A stretch of DNA of 64,000 nt from Octopus vulgaris (taxonomy: Eukaryota), in contig OX597843.1 in the NCBI GenBank assembly GCA_951406725.2, positions 16,740,001 to 16,804,000 on the forward strand, in the 5' to 3' direction. The stretch's first letter is position 1. The number at the start of each line of letters is the position of its first letter. Made by a program: the position numbers and the translations under genes. The notes beneath the pieces were generated by a model, which searched no databases, was not told where the DNA came from, and saw nothing but the letters and a program-made list of their open reading frames with translations. This document shows, piece by piece, positions 1-10,108 of the stretch.

Positions 1-265
1 ATTATTTTCACTTTCATGCCCCACATCTTGATGACTATGATTTTGAGGTCTTTGCTCAGTAGGAACTGCAATGTCTATCAGTAAATAGGTGTTTTTTTTC
101 TTCTTTCCAATCCTTGATAATTATGTCTGGGTGATTAGTTTATATTTCTTTCTCAGTTTGAACAGGCACATCCCAGATGATTGTGGCCTGGTTGTTGTCC
201 TGTACATTGGCCCATGTTTATACCATTTCTTGTCAGTTTTTATATTGTAGTATTGGCATGTTGTT
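1..265 (-). mobile_element. Decayed R4/Dong-type non-LTR retrotransposon fragment (restriction-like endonuclease region)
   Basis: Minus-strand translation across frameshifts gives WYKH..VQDNNQATIIWDVPVQTEKEI..NHPDIIIKD..LIDIAVP..KDLKIIVIKMWGMKVKI. This matches the WD..QT..N(R)PDI..D..LID.AVP RLE signature of R4/Dong elements. Confidence 0.7.
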
Positions 266-315
266 CAATTATTATTATTATTATTGAGTGAGAGAGCAGT
301 GCATGCCATCAAAGT

Positions 316-791
316 GATAACACTTCCAATCAGTTAAGATCAGAAGCCATGAGAGCCACTGCCTGGTACTGCATCAGGGCATTAGCAAATCTGTGGTATT
401 GAGCAGAATATTTACTGTAGCCCATCTTTTATACCAAGACAAAACAATGTACATGATAACACTTCCAATCAGTTAAGATCAGAAGCCATGAGAGCCACTG
501 CCTGGTACTGCATCAGGGCATTAGCAAATCTGTGGTATTGAGCAGAATATTTGCTGTTGCCCATCTTTTATACCAAGACAAAATAATGTACATGATAACA
601 CTTTGAATCAGTTAAGATCAGAAGCCATGAGAGCCACTGCCTGGTACTGCATCAGGGTATTAGCAAATCTGTGGTATTGAGCAGAATATTTGCTGTAGCC
701 CATCTTTTATACCAAGACAAAATAATGTACATGATAACACTTTGAATCAGTTAAGATCAGAAGCCATGAGAGCCACTGTCTAGTACTGCAT
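316..791. repeat. Tandem repeat, 139-bp unit, about 3.4 copies
   Basis: gataacact...aatcagttaagatcagaagccatgagagcc starts at 316, 455, 594 and 733. Confidence 0.9.
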
Positions 792-792
792 C

Positions 793-846
<54 letters not shown>

Positions 847-859
847 TATTATTATTATT
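793..859. repeat. (TAT)n microsatellite
   Basis: Read directly from the sequence. Confidence 0.95.
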
Positions 860-1035
860 GTTCAATTTCTTCCCTAGGTATATTGCTGTGATGATGATGT
901 GGAACTAAGAAGCAAAGATGGCTTAACAATAACAGCAGCAGCAACAGCCGCAGCAAATGAACAGGAACTTCACTCCGTCTCACCACCTGTGCTAACGAGC
1001 AAAAACACAAAGTCCACACCTTTAATGAAATTGCA

Positions 1036-1400
1036 TTAACCCTTCAGCATTTAAACCCTTCATCTCTGACTCACATATTCTACCTGTTTATATTCAGACT
1101 GGCCTGATCTAGCCTCTCATGTCTATCCTACAATGTCATTCTAAAAAATGAACAATCCTATTATTGAAATAATGAAAGTACAAGAAAATTCATGATTAAT
1201 TCAAACCAATATGAATGGATCAGTATTTCGCCCGACAGATTAATCTGAATGCTCAAGGGCCAACCCTTTTGCATTTAAACCAGCCATATCTGGTCTCTTA
1301 CACTTACCCTGTAATGCCATTCTAAAAATATACAACTGCATCGTTGAAAATGACGTGAATGATTAATTACATTTGACTAATTTGAATGCTAAAGTGTTAA
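1036..1400. mobile_element. Two adjacent degenerate TTAA-CCCTT (piggyBac-type) MITEs
   Basis: Starts TTAA-CCCTTcagcatttaaac and ends gaatgctcaaggg; second copy ends gaatgctaaagtg-TTAA. Same family as 44296-44525. Confidence 0.55.
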
Positions 1401-1553
1401 CGAAATACTGAAAAAAATGTATAGTATTGTATGCTTTATAAAACATACATTTGAACACTCATATCTTCTGAATATTTGGCAAAACATTTAGTGTTCCATC
1501 GGGCGGTTTACTCTTACAACTACATGTTTTTGTAATAACTACCTACAGCAACA

Positions 1554-4500
1554 ATGAGAAGCACTCTTGTCGACCCACGCGCATTCAAGTGTCCGCACTG
1601 CAGCAAAAGCTTTCACTGCTCCAGTCACTTGACCACCCATGTGAGGACACATACCGGGGAAAGACCTTACAAGTGCGGCCAGTGTCCGAAGTCGTTTGCG
1701 CTACTTGGCAACCTGACGGCGCACGTGCGCACCCACACGGGCGAAAAGCCGTACAGCTGTAAGTTCTGCACCAAGTCGTTCACGCAGTCGACCAACCTGA
1801 ATGTCCACATGCGGGTACACACTGGAGAGCGGCCGTACAAATGCGAGCGATGCCAGAAAGCCTTCAAGACAAGCGGTGCACTCAACGGCCATGTGAAATC
1901 CTGCTACAAAATTGTGCGACGGTTTGCAGCACCTGTTTTACGACAGAACAACACCAGTGGTAGTGCACTTGGTGCATCTTATGCAGGGCGCTCAACTACC
2001 ACTTCCAGTACGGTTCGCAATACCGAGAAACTAGTTCCAACCATAAACATACAACGTACTCTTCCTAGTGATTCATCATTGAGACCATCTGTGGCTGTTT
2101 CCTGTGAGACCAGTTCTAGTTCGTTACCGTATAGCAACAGTAGCTTGTTTAATTACCGTAGGAGAAAGATCTCCGACATTATCGCCAAGAAGCGATTCGG
2201 TGGAGCACCAACAGTGTCAATGTGTAAGCCTTTGAATGTTAGCTCTGTAACTCGAAATTGTGGTTCTACAAGCAGTACTCTATGTACTGCAGAAAAGAAA
2301 CCATCTTGTGCAAACTTGAACACATTTAAGCAGGAAACCACACCTAATCTTACCCCTGTAAATGGTATTTTTGAAAGCCGCCAACACAGTAAGTCAGGAT
2401 TTCCTAGAGAATCTCTCAAAGATGGCAGTAATATGGTGGCAGCAACAACAGCGGCTGCATCTTCTAAGTTATTGGAGAGGGAGATGATCTCCGAGGATCA
2501 AAACTTTAATATTTATGATGATGTTCACAAGTCTACTTCTAGTGAAACACAACAGACCTCTACAATCACTGCAGCCAACAGCTTTGAAGATAGCAAAGAT
2601 TTCCTAGTTTCCTCAACAGGTTTCTCCCAGCAACCGACCATTCATTCCAATGGAGACAGCCTTACAGTGGATTTCAATTCACTGGTGTCTTTATCAGAGA
2701 TTTCTCAAGACAAAATTGAGGATGTCTTCTATCAGCAGAGCCACAGGCAAACGGGAGGGGCAGCTGTGCAGTTCAGCCAAAGTGGAATTGTTGATGGTCA
2801 GCCTCTTGAGTCGAGGTCAGCAGAAAAACATTTGCCAGAGAACGGTGGGGCACCTTGTCCTCAACAAGATAGGAGGAGCAGAGATGGGACTAACTATGGT
2901 ACTGTTCCCAGAAATACACTATCCAGAAGCAATGCTCAGACTGGTCGTGAGAGGAACATTTCTTTGGCCACACGATTACACCAGAAACCTCCAAGATCCA
3001 CTCACAGTTCTGACAAACTTAACTTCTGTAGAATACAATCACCATTTCTTACAGATTCTATGGCACTGTCCAGTGAGAGATCTGTTCCGGGTTTAACTCA
3101 TTCTTCACCTGACTCGGCTAATTCACGTCTGGCCTTTCTGGAAGTTTCTACCTACACCCAGATCTTTAAATGTAAACTTTGCAATTTGGTCTTTGAGACG
3201 AAAGATGATTTTCTCCACCACACGCCTCTCCACGAGGACGATGAGCTGCTCGTCTGCAAATTCTGCGAAATGGATTTTAAAACCCCACTGGACCTTGTCC
3301 TTCATCAGAAAGATCACAATCTACCGGAACAGCTTTGTGAACTCTGCGACCAAATGGTTTTATCGACACGCTTTGCTGCTCACTTGAATCTGCATGCAAC
3401 TGCAATGAACCGAACAGCACAAGACACCAGAATTTTTTGGTGCCATTTCTGTGATAAATCTTTCGTAGACCAGTCATATCTTGATCTTCATTTGCGGGTG
3501 CACTCAATACAGAAACCCTTGCATTTTAGCTCATCTGAACAATTACAGTCGAAAACTCACCATCAGCGTAGGAAACCCCTTCATGAAAAACCCTTGAAAT
3601 CTTTTAAGTGTCCGTATTGTCAGAAGAAATTCCATTATTCTAAAAACCTCATTGCACACATGCATTCCCATTCTGTTCAGCGTTTATACAAGTGTAAGAA
3701 ATGTCCAAGAGTCCTTAGAACTGTCCAACGTTTTAATATTCATCAGAAAATCTGTCCAAAGAAATATCGGCACCATTCCAAGAAAACTGCACCATTTAGT
3801 CACTCAAAGACAACATCATGGCAAAACAGTTGCAGCAATGATGGTACCAACAGCCACCTTCCAGAACATTCCACCAGAAACGGTACTGCTGTAGGTTTTA
3901 AGCAAAATATAACCGAAAGCATGGAAGTGTCCCAAAGCCCTGATTCTGTGATAGGAGATAAACTAGAGAGTGTAGAATGCCTTCAGGAAAATACACAGGT
4001 TCCATGTGCTGATGATGGCACTGATAATGGTCTGCAGAGCACTGAGGATGGCCAGTCGCCTTTGCAGGAGTTTGTTGAGGGTCAGGTGGTGAAAGAAAGA
4101 GATGTTGACCAAAGTGTCAATTCAGACAAAGTTTTGTTGAGATGTTTGTGTTGCCAGATGAATTTCTCATCTAAATTGTTGCTCTTACAACACATCAGCA
4201 GCCAGCACAGCTCAGAGGGCCAGTGTCAGTTCTGTGGAAGACCTTTGGATGTTGATAACGACCTGGTTAGTCATATTAACTGCTACACCACTTCAACAAG
4301 CATTTACAGAAACTGCAGATATTGTCCGGAAGGGTTTTCTGATACTGATAGTTACCAGAGTCATTTGTCTGCCGTACACAAAATGCACACTGAGGCCCAA
4401 GAACCAGATGATGAAGTTGTAGATGTTGACCCATCCAGTGAAGAAGTCGCCAGTGTTGACCTCGAAAGCGTTCCCAGTTCGGGGATCGGTTTTGTAAACT

Positions 4501-6923
4501 GCACTGACCAGGCAAAACAATCAAGGAAACAGCCCCATGTATTTCCACGTGCGCAAGTGCACTTCCAGCCACGTAACAAGTGTCATAACTGCGGTCGCAC
4601 TTTCTCTTCAGCATCTCAGCTGTACGTTCATCTCGTTAAAGCCCACGATCGTCTACAGCCTCACCGATGTCATTACTGCAAAAGACTTTTCAAAAATTGC
4701 ACGAATTTCTACATGCATGTCTGCTCGCATGCCCCTAAAGAGAGTTCGTACGAGTGCAAGTTGTGTTGCAAGAGTTTTACGCAGCCTGAGAATCTCAGAA
4801 CACATCTTCAAACGCATAATGGTGACAGACCATTCCGGTGTAAATTCTGTGGCAAGTTTTTCAGTAAGCCCGACAACTTGAATGCGCATCTGCGAGTGCA
4901 CACCAACGAGAGACCGTTTCTGTGTCATCACTGCAACTCTGCATTTAAAACATCTGCCGCACGCAACATGCACATTCAAAACTGCACCGTGAAAAGGTTG
5001 AAGAAAAAAGCCGTTTCTCATTCCACGGATTATGGTGTTCAAGAGAAGAAAGCACTGACTTCACGGTTCACTGGTTCTCAGTCAGAGTTGAGCAACAATG
5101 CTGTTGAGGTACCGGTTATTGCGGCAGTAAAAGACAATTCTCCTGAAACTTTACCAATTCTAGAAAACAAAAAAGAATCTTTGGAATCAGTTCCTGCAAA
5201 TAAAAGTACAGAAGAACAGTTAGAAAGATCTCCCACAATGCTACACATTTTAGTCTCCGATCCCCAGCAAGAATTACATACAGTCGACATGAAACCGACG
5301 CCAACAGAGCTCTGCAATGATGGCTCTCTACCGACCATACAAGGGTTTTACCAAAATAAATTCTGTACTGACAATTTGTCGGTATCAAATTCTTCCAAAT
5401 CTTTGAATTATTCGACATCTTCGCCCAACATGAATGGTTCCGAGGCAAAAGACGTGATTCCTACGAGTGAGATTGGTAGTAGTAGTAGTAGTAATTATTC
5501 CACTGTTGCATCGGAGAAGTCTGTGAGTCATTTGGAGGCAGAGCCTGAAAGTTTGGATGAACCTAAGAACATTTCACTCGGGTTTGATTCCACGACCAAG
5601 TTAGTCGACAGATCTTATCTTACCCCTAATGAGAATAAACATTCATTGCTGGAGGGTGATGGCAGTTTCTTTAACAAGAGGGTGGAGGCAGAAACTAAAG
5701 ACTGCAAACAAGATCATTATAAAATAATTAACGATTTACCAAAGTCTGAGGAGGTAGGAAGATCACTGGGACTTTACACTTCTCAGAATTCTTCAGCTGT
5801 TACAGGAGGCGGCGGAGCTGGCATTAACGTTGCCAGTGTTTCTATTCAGGATGAAGAAAAGCCATCATTTACTGTCGCTTCAAGCCCTGTTAATGTGATC
5901 GAATCCGCTGACGACAAGCTCGGGCTGGAGTTGAACCTGAAGTCACCAGAGGATGCAGTTCCGCCACTATTTAAGTGCCTAAAGTGTTTCCGTATGTTCA
6001 ACTCCGCTCCTGAATACACTGACCACTTACTGACCCACGTGTGGGCGTCCACCCCCAGCTCGACGTCTTCACCGGTCGGCTCCGGCTCACAAACGTACTC
6101 GACTCCGGTCGACCAGTTTGAGCCCAGCAACGCGGCCCCTGCTGCTGACACTCCTCCACCCTTGACCACACATCAAACATTGCTTCCACCCCCACCACCA
6201 CCACCACCTCCGCATCTCTCGTCCACCTTGGATCAGCAGCAAACAAGCACTAGCAGCAGTAGTAGTCTTCGTCCCAGCCTGTCAGGTCCTCAGTCCATGC
6301 TGTATTCACTACAGCAGCAGCAGCAACCGCCGGCCCTTGAACAGAACCCACAAACCCCTGATGATTCTAAGACACAACTCATCAAGTGCAAACAATGTCC
6401 AAAGAAATTCACAAAAATCTACAGCCTTGCCGTCCACATGAAATCTCATTACCAACAACAGCAACAACCAAAGCAACAACTACAACTGCAACAGCAACAA
6501 CACCAACACATCTGCAAAATCTGTCCCGGTACGGAAGTGTTCCCGACTGCCGAGGACCTCAGCGAACATTTGAAGCACCATTGCGAGTTTCGCTGCAAGT
6601 TCTGTCAGAAGGTGGTGCACAGTGCATCGCAGCTGTACACGCATATGCGGACGCACACGGGTGAAAAGCCATTCCATTGTCCGCATTGCCCGAAGACATT
6701 TGCTGTGAATTGCAACCTCATTGCGCACGTGCGCATCCATACGGGGGAGCGCCCATTCAGGTGCCAGTATTGCGACAAGTCGTTTGCCCAGGCGACCAAC
6801 CTCAATGTGCATACGCGCATACACACAGGGGAACGGCCGTACCTGTGCAGCAAATGCAAGAGGGCCTTCCGAACATCTAGTGCCCTCAAGGGTCACCTCA
6901 AGTGCTGCCCAGTCCCAATATAA
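1554..6923 (+). CDS. Large multi-cluster C2H2/C2HC zinc-finger protein (about 25 fingers, 1789 aa), one long coding exon
   Basis: Uninterrupted ORF with repeated CxxC-x12-Hxxx(H/C) motifs and TGEKPY/TGERPF linkers, separated by Ser/Thr-rich, poly-Pro and poly-Gln spacers. In-frame TAA at 1536 and acceptor-like ...ctacctacag at 1548 just before the ATG. Confidence 0.95.
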   Translation: MRSTLVDPRAFKCPHCSKSFHCSSHLTTHVRTHTGERPYKCGQCPKSFALLGNLTAHVRTHTGEKPYSCKFCTKSFTQSTNLNVHMRVHTGERPYKCERCQKAFKTSGALNGHVKSCYKIVRRFAAPVLRQNNTSGSALGASYAGRSTTTSSTVRNTEKLVPTINIQRTLPSDSSLRPSVAVSCETSSSSLPYSNSSLFNYRRRKISDIIAKKRFGGAPTVSMCKPLNVSSVTRNCGSTSSTLCTAEKKPSCANLNTFKQETTPNLTPVNGIFESRQHSKSGFPRESLKDGSNMVAATTAAASSKLLEREMISEDQNFNIYDDVHKSTSSETQQTSTITAANSFEDSKDFLVSSTGFSQQPTIHSNGDSLTVDFNSLVSLSEISQDKIEDVFYQQSHRQTGGAAVQFSQSGIVDGQPLESRSAEKHLPENGGAPCPQQDRRSRDGTNYGTVPRNTLSRSNAQTGRERNISLATRLHQKPPRSTHSSDKLNFCRIQSPFLTDSMALSSERSVPGLTHSSPDSANSRLAFLEVSTYTQIFKCKLCNLVFETKDDFLHHTPLHEDDELLVCKFCEMDFKTPLDLVLHQKDHNLPEQLCELCDQMVLSTRFAAHLNLHATAMNRTAQDTRIFWCHFCDKSFVDQSYLDLHLRVHSIQKPLHFSSSEQLQSKTHHQRRKPLHEKPLKSFKCPYCQKKFHYSKNLIAHMHSHSVQRLYKCKKCPRVLRTVQRFNIHQKICPKKYRHHSKKTAPFSHSKTTSWQNSCSNDGTNSHLPEHSTRNGTAVGFKQNITESMEVSQSPDSVIGDKLESVECLQENTQVPCADDGTDNGLQSTEDGQSPLQEFVEGQVVKERDVDQSVNSDKVLLRCLCCQMNFSSKLLLLQHISSQHSSEGQCQFCGRPLDVDNDLVSHINCYTTSTSIYRNCRYCPEGFSDTDSYQSHLSAVHKMHTEAQEPDDEVVDVDPSSEEVASVDLESVPSSGIGFVNCTDQAKQSRKQPHVFPRAQVHFQPRNKCHNCGRTFSSASQLYVHLVKAHDRLQPHRCHYCKRLFKNCTNFYMHVCSHAPKESSYECKLCCKSFTQPENLRTHLQTHNGDRPFRCKFCGKFFSKPDNLNAHLRVHTNERPFLCHHCNSAFKTSAARNMHIQNCTVKRLKKKAVSHSTDYGVQEKKALTSRFTGSQSELSNNAVEVPVIAAVKDNSPETLPILENKKESLESVPANKSTEEQLERSPTMLHILVSDPQQELHTVDMKPTPTELCNDGSLPTIQGFYQNKFCTDNLSVSNSSKSLNYSTSSPNMNGSEAKDVIPTSEIGSSSSSNYSTVASEKSVSHLEAEPESLDEPKNISLGFDSTTKLVDRSYLTPNENKHSLLEGDGSFFNKRVEAETKDCKQDHYKIINDLPKSEEVGRSLGLYTSQNSSAVTGGGGAGINVASVSIQDEEKPSFTVASSPVNVIESADDKLGLELNLKSPEDAVPPLFKCLKCFRMFNSAPEYTDHLLTHVWASTPSSTSSPVGSGSQTYSTPVDQFEPSNAAPAADTPPPLTTHQTLLPPPPPPPPPHLSSTLDQQQTSTSSSSSLRPSLSGPQSMLYSLQQQQQPPALEQNPQTPDDSKTQLIKCKQCPKKFTKIYSLAVHMKSHYQQQQQPKQQLQLQQQQHQHICKICPGTEVFPTAEDLSEHLKHHCEFRCKFCQKVVHSASQLYTHMRTHTGEKPFHCPHCPKTFAVNCNLIAHVRIHTGERPFRCQYCDKSFAQATNLNVHTRIHTGERPYLCSKCKRAFRTSSALKGHLKCCPVPI

Positions 6924-7050
6924 AGCTTGGTTGTTCCAGGGAATGGACAACAGACGAATCGACCGACTGATGAATGGATGAGTAGATGGACAAGAAGGTG
7001 TGTGGGCAGACACAGAGACATATTCAGACAGGTAGATGGGTGATATATAT

Positions 7051-7278
7051 TTCTTTACTACCCACAAGGGGCTAAACATAGAGGGGACAAATAAGGACAG
7101 ACAAAGGGATTAAGTCGATTACATCGACCCCAGTGCGAAACTGGTACTTTATTTATTGACCCCTAAAGGATGAAAGGCAAAGTCAACCTCGGCGGAATTT
7201 GAACTCAGAACGTAACGACAGACGAAATACCGCTAAGCATTTCGCCCGGCACGCTAACGTTTCTGCCAGCTCGCCGCC
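7051..7278 (-). mobile_element. tRNA-derived SINE family B (central domain resembling Meta/MESC type)
   Basis: Reverse complement reads ggcggcgagctggcagaa...gagttcaaattccgccgagg..gactttgcctttcatcctt..ggggtc.ataaataaagtaccag. Same family as the 15413 array. Confidence 0.8.
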
Positions 7279-7581
7279 CTTGGATGATATAGAGATGGGA
7301 AGTAGCATGTGTTATAATACTGGTAGTGTGTATATGTTTGGGTTGAGAAGGTGGGTGGTCTGTTAGTTAAAAGGGTGGATTGTTTGGCTGATTGGTTGAA
7401 TGAGATGGCCGGGTGTGATTGTTTGGATGATGACCGTTTCTTGTGGCTGACTGGAAATTCAGCTTGTTTTGGTGCTGGAGGCAAACACACACACACATAG
7501 AGAAATACACACGTAAATTGAGTGAGTGAGAGAGAGAGAGACATTACACAGACATTGAAGCATAACAAAATGATTGCACAC

Positions 7582-7810
7582 TTAACCCTTTTGTTACTGT
7601 ATTTATTTTGAGATTCTCAGTGTTTCTTTCAATTAATTTTAAATATAGCAAAGAATTTAGTAAAATAACTTAGTTATCCTTAAGCTAGTGTTAGGAACAT
7701 AAATTGTGACTAAGGTTTGGTGGAAGATTTTAATTCAGAACTTATGAAAACAAGACATTTGTACTCAGAGCCAGAGGTGGTTTCAACCAGGTTGGTATCG
7801 AAAGGGTTAA
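7582..7810. mobile_element. piggyBac-type MITE
   Basis: TTAA|CCCTTTTGTTAC ... GGTATCGAAAGGG|TTAA: TTAA target duplication and CCC/GGG termini. Confidence 0.8.
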
Positions 7811-7826
7811 AAGTATCATGGTGACT

Positions 7827-8050
7827 TTAACCCTTTTGTTACCATATTTCTGTTGAGATGCTCTGTGTTTCTTTCAATTAATTTTAAATATTACAAAGAA
7901 TTTAGTAAAATAACTTAGTTATCATTAAGCTAGTGTTAGGAACGTAAATTGTGACTAAGGTTTGGTGGAAGATTTTAATTCAAAACTTATGAAAACAAGA
8001 TATTTGTACTACAGAGCCGGTTTCAGCCGGGTTGGTAATGAAATGGTTAA
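7827..8050. mobile_element. piggyBac-type MITE, second adjacent copy
   Basis: TTAA|CCCTTTTGTTACC ... GGTAATGAAATGG|TTAA; closely similar to 7582-7810. Confidence 0.8.
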
Positions 8051-8309
8051 AGTGAGAGAGAGAGACAGATACATTGCATTACATACACAAACATAACTAG
8101 ATGTTTATGTACGCAGGGAGAGAGAGAAGGAGACAGACAGATATTACACCTACATACAAACATAACTAGATATTCAGATGTATAAACAGAAAGACAGACA
8201 GACAGACAGGAGAGAGAGAGAAATACACATACATACAGACACGTACACTAGATTCTCACACATGAACAGAGACAGACAGACAGACATGTATATAAAGACC
8301 GTCTCCTTG

Positions 8310-8565
8310 ACTTACTCTTTGACTTGTTTCAGTCATTTGACTGTGGCCATGCTGGAGCACCGCCTTTAGTCGAGCAAATCGACCCCCAGGACTTATTGGT
8401 CCTCTTTTGCCGAACCGCTAAGTTATGGGGACGTAGACACACCAGCATCGGTTGTCAAGCGATGTTGGGGGGACAAACACAGATACATACACACATATAT
8501 ATATATATATACATATATACGACAGGCTTCTTTCAGTTTCCGTCTACCAAATCTACTCACAAGGC
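8310..8565 (-). mobile_element. SINE family A, 3' part (a matching 5' part lies at about 9265-9393)
   Basis: cttgtttcagtcatttgactgtggccatgctggagcaccgcc...ttctttcagtttccgtctaccaaat matches the other family A copies. Confidence 0.8.
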
Positions 8566-8756
8566 ATTTATCAATGGCCAGCATATTAAAAAATATCTTT
8601 AAAGGTTAAATTTATAAACAACTTATAAATGAGGGCAAATGAAAAAATTTTCTAATGCCAAATATGCCGAAAATTAGACACATTGTCCATAACCATTATA
8701 ATTTTTCACAGTATGTACGCTACTCCAAAAGAGGTCGACAGAAATCTCTAAGTTAT

Positions 8757-8793
<37 letters not shown>

Positions 8794-8860
8794 AGAATTT
8801 TTTGCGTAATAAGATAAAAAACCAAGGCTGTATAGATATTAGAGCATTTATAGATAGAAG

Positions 8861-8912
8861 GTCTTACAGCTGTTTCGAGGGTATTTATTAATAATATCCT
8901 TTCATCGGAGAC
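8861..8912 (-). ncRNA. Minimal type-I hammerhead ribozyme motif in a PLE-like terminal repeat
   Basis: Reverse complement: GTCT-CCGATGA-aAGGATATT..AATACCCT-c-GAAAC-AGCT-GTA-AGAC. Stem I GTCT/AGAC, stem II present, palindromic stem III ACAGCTGT, GUA cleavage triplet. Confidence 0.7.
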
Positions 8913-9151
8913 GGTGTGAGAGGATAGTTTCGATGTGATACAAAATAGAGAGTGAGGTGGAGGAAAGAAAATAGATGCAAGATATGTATGGGTATTGAAG
9001 TTGTAGATCCGTTTTATAGGCATAATGGTATATATATGCAATATTCCAATATCCTATGAGGTAAAGTCCAAAAGTCCAACAGAGTTTAATATGATTCCTT
9101 CCAAATATAGAGTTTATAAGCAATGTAAGATTCCCTTTGGAGTGAGATCCA

Positions 9152-9227
9152 GCAGATTTTTAAACTTGGTCGTTCCCAGTAGGGAATTTATAATTCCCTA
9201 CTGGGAATGACTGAGTTTAAAAATCTG
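9152..9227. repeat. Near-perfect hairpin (inverted repeat)
   Basis: cagatttttaaact..ttcccagtagggaatt-tat-aattccctactgggaa..agtttaaaaatctg. Confidence 0.85.
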
Positions 9228-9401
9228 GGCGTTGTGAGTGTTTATTGAATGAAAATACCTATGTATATATATAGACGGGCTTATTTCAGTTTCTGTCTAC
9301 CAAATCCACTCATACGGCTTTGGTCAGCCTGAGATTCAACCTGGAACCATATGGTTGGGAAGCAAACTTCATACTACACAGCTATACCTGCACCTTTAGA
9401 T

Positions 9402-9444
<43 letters not shown>

Positions 9445-9450
<6 letters not shown>

Positions 9451-10080
9451 TTACAAATAGGATAAAATCTTTATAAGAGTTTATCAAGTAGTTAGTGTGA
9501 AAAATCCACCAATTTTTTCACTTAAATATATTTATTTATATTATATAGAGGGCATTAATATACAATAATGCCACATGCTAGAGGGACTCTTAAAGTCAAA
9601 ACTACCAAAATTCTGTTTTTAAATGACTTGAGAGTTGTATTTGGTACAATGTGTTTATTTATTTTGGTAGTTTTGACTTTAAGAGTGCCCCCTAGCATGT
9701 GGCATTATTGTATAGTATATATAATATATATATATATATCATTAAATATAATTAAGGGTTTAGCAACAAGTTGCTTCAGCACATACCAAAAATTTCTAAC
9801 TCACATATGCAAAAAGAAGAAAGAATTTTTGCCTGTGTCAGTTACAAATATTGTTATCTATGGAGTCATATATGTAGTGAAAAGGAATTATCTGTGTTTG
9901 GCTACTATTTCTAAATTTTCGGGATGTGGTGAAGCAACTTGTAGCTAAACCCTTAATTATATTTAATTATATATAAAAAAACTTTTTGCAAAAGTTCCTA
10001 CCGATAATGGTTCTCTTTCCATACTGAAACTACTTGGTAAAATTTATTAATTATTAAATTAATAATTCTTTCCCCTATAT
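9445..10080. mobile_element. Two fold-back (inverted) PLE-like terminal-repeat fragments between (TA)n tracts
   Basis: Inverted arms at 9558-9612/9661-9714 and about 9740-9800/9910-9970. Families recur at 34140-34495 and 58650-58800. Confidence 0.55.
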
Positions 10081-10108
10081 CTGTAATGATTATATATATA
10101 TATATATA

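Noticed and set aside
1667-7079. Antisense and alternate-frame ORFs overlapping the ZNF gene
   Set aside because: Shadow ORFs caused by zinc-finger codon patterns; no independent protein features.
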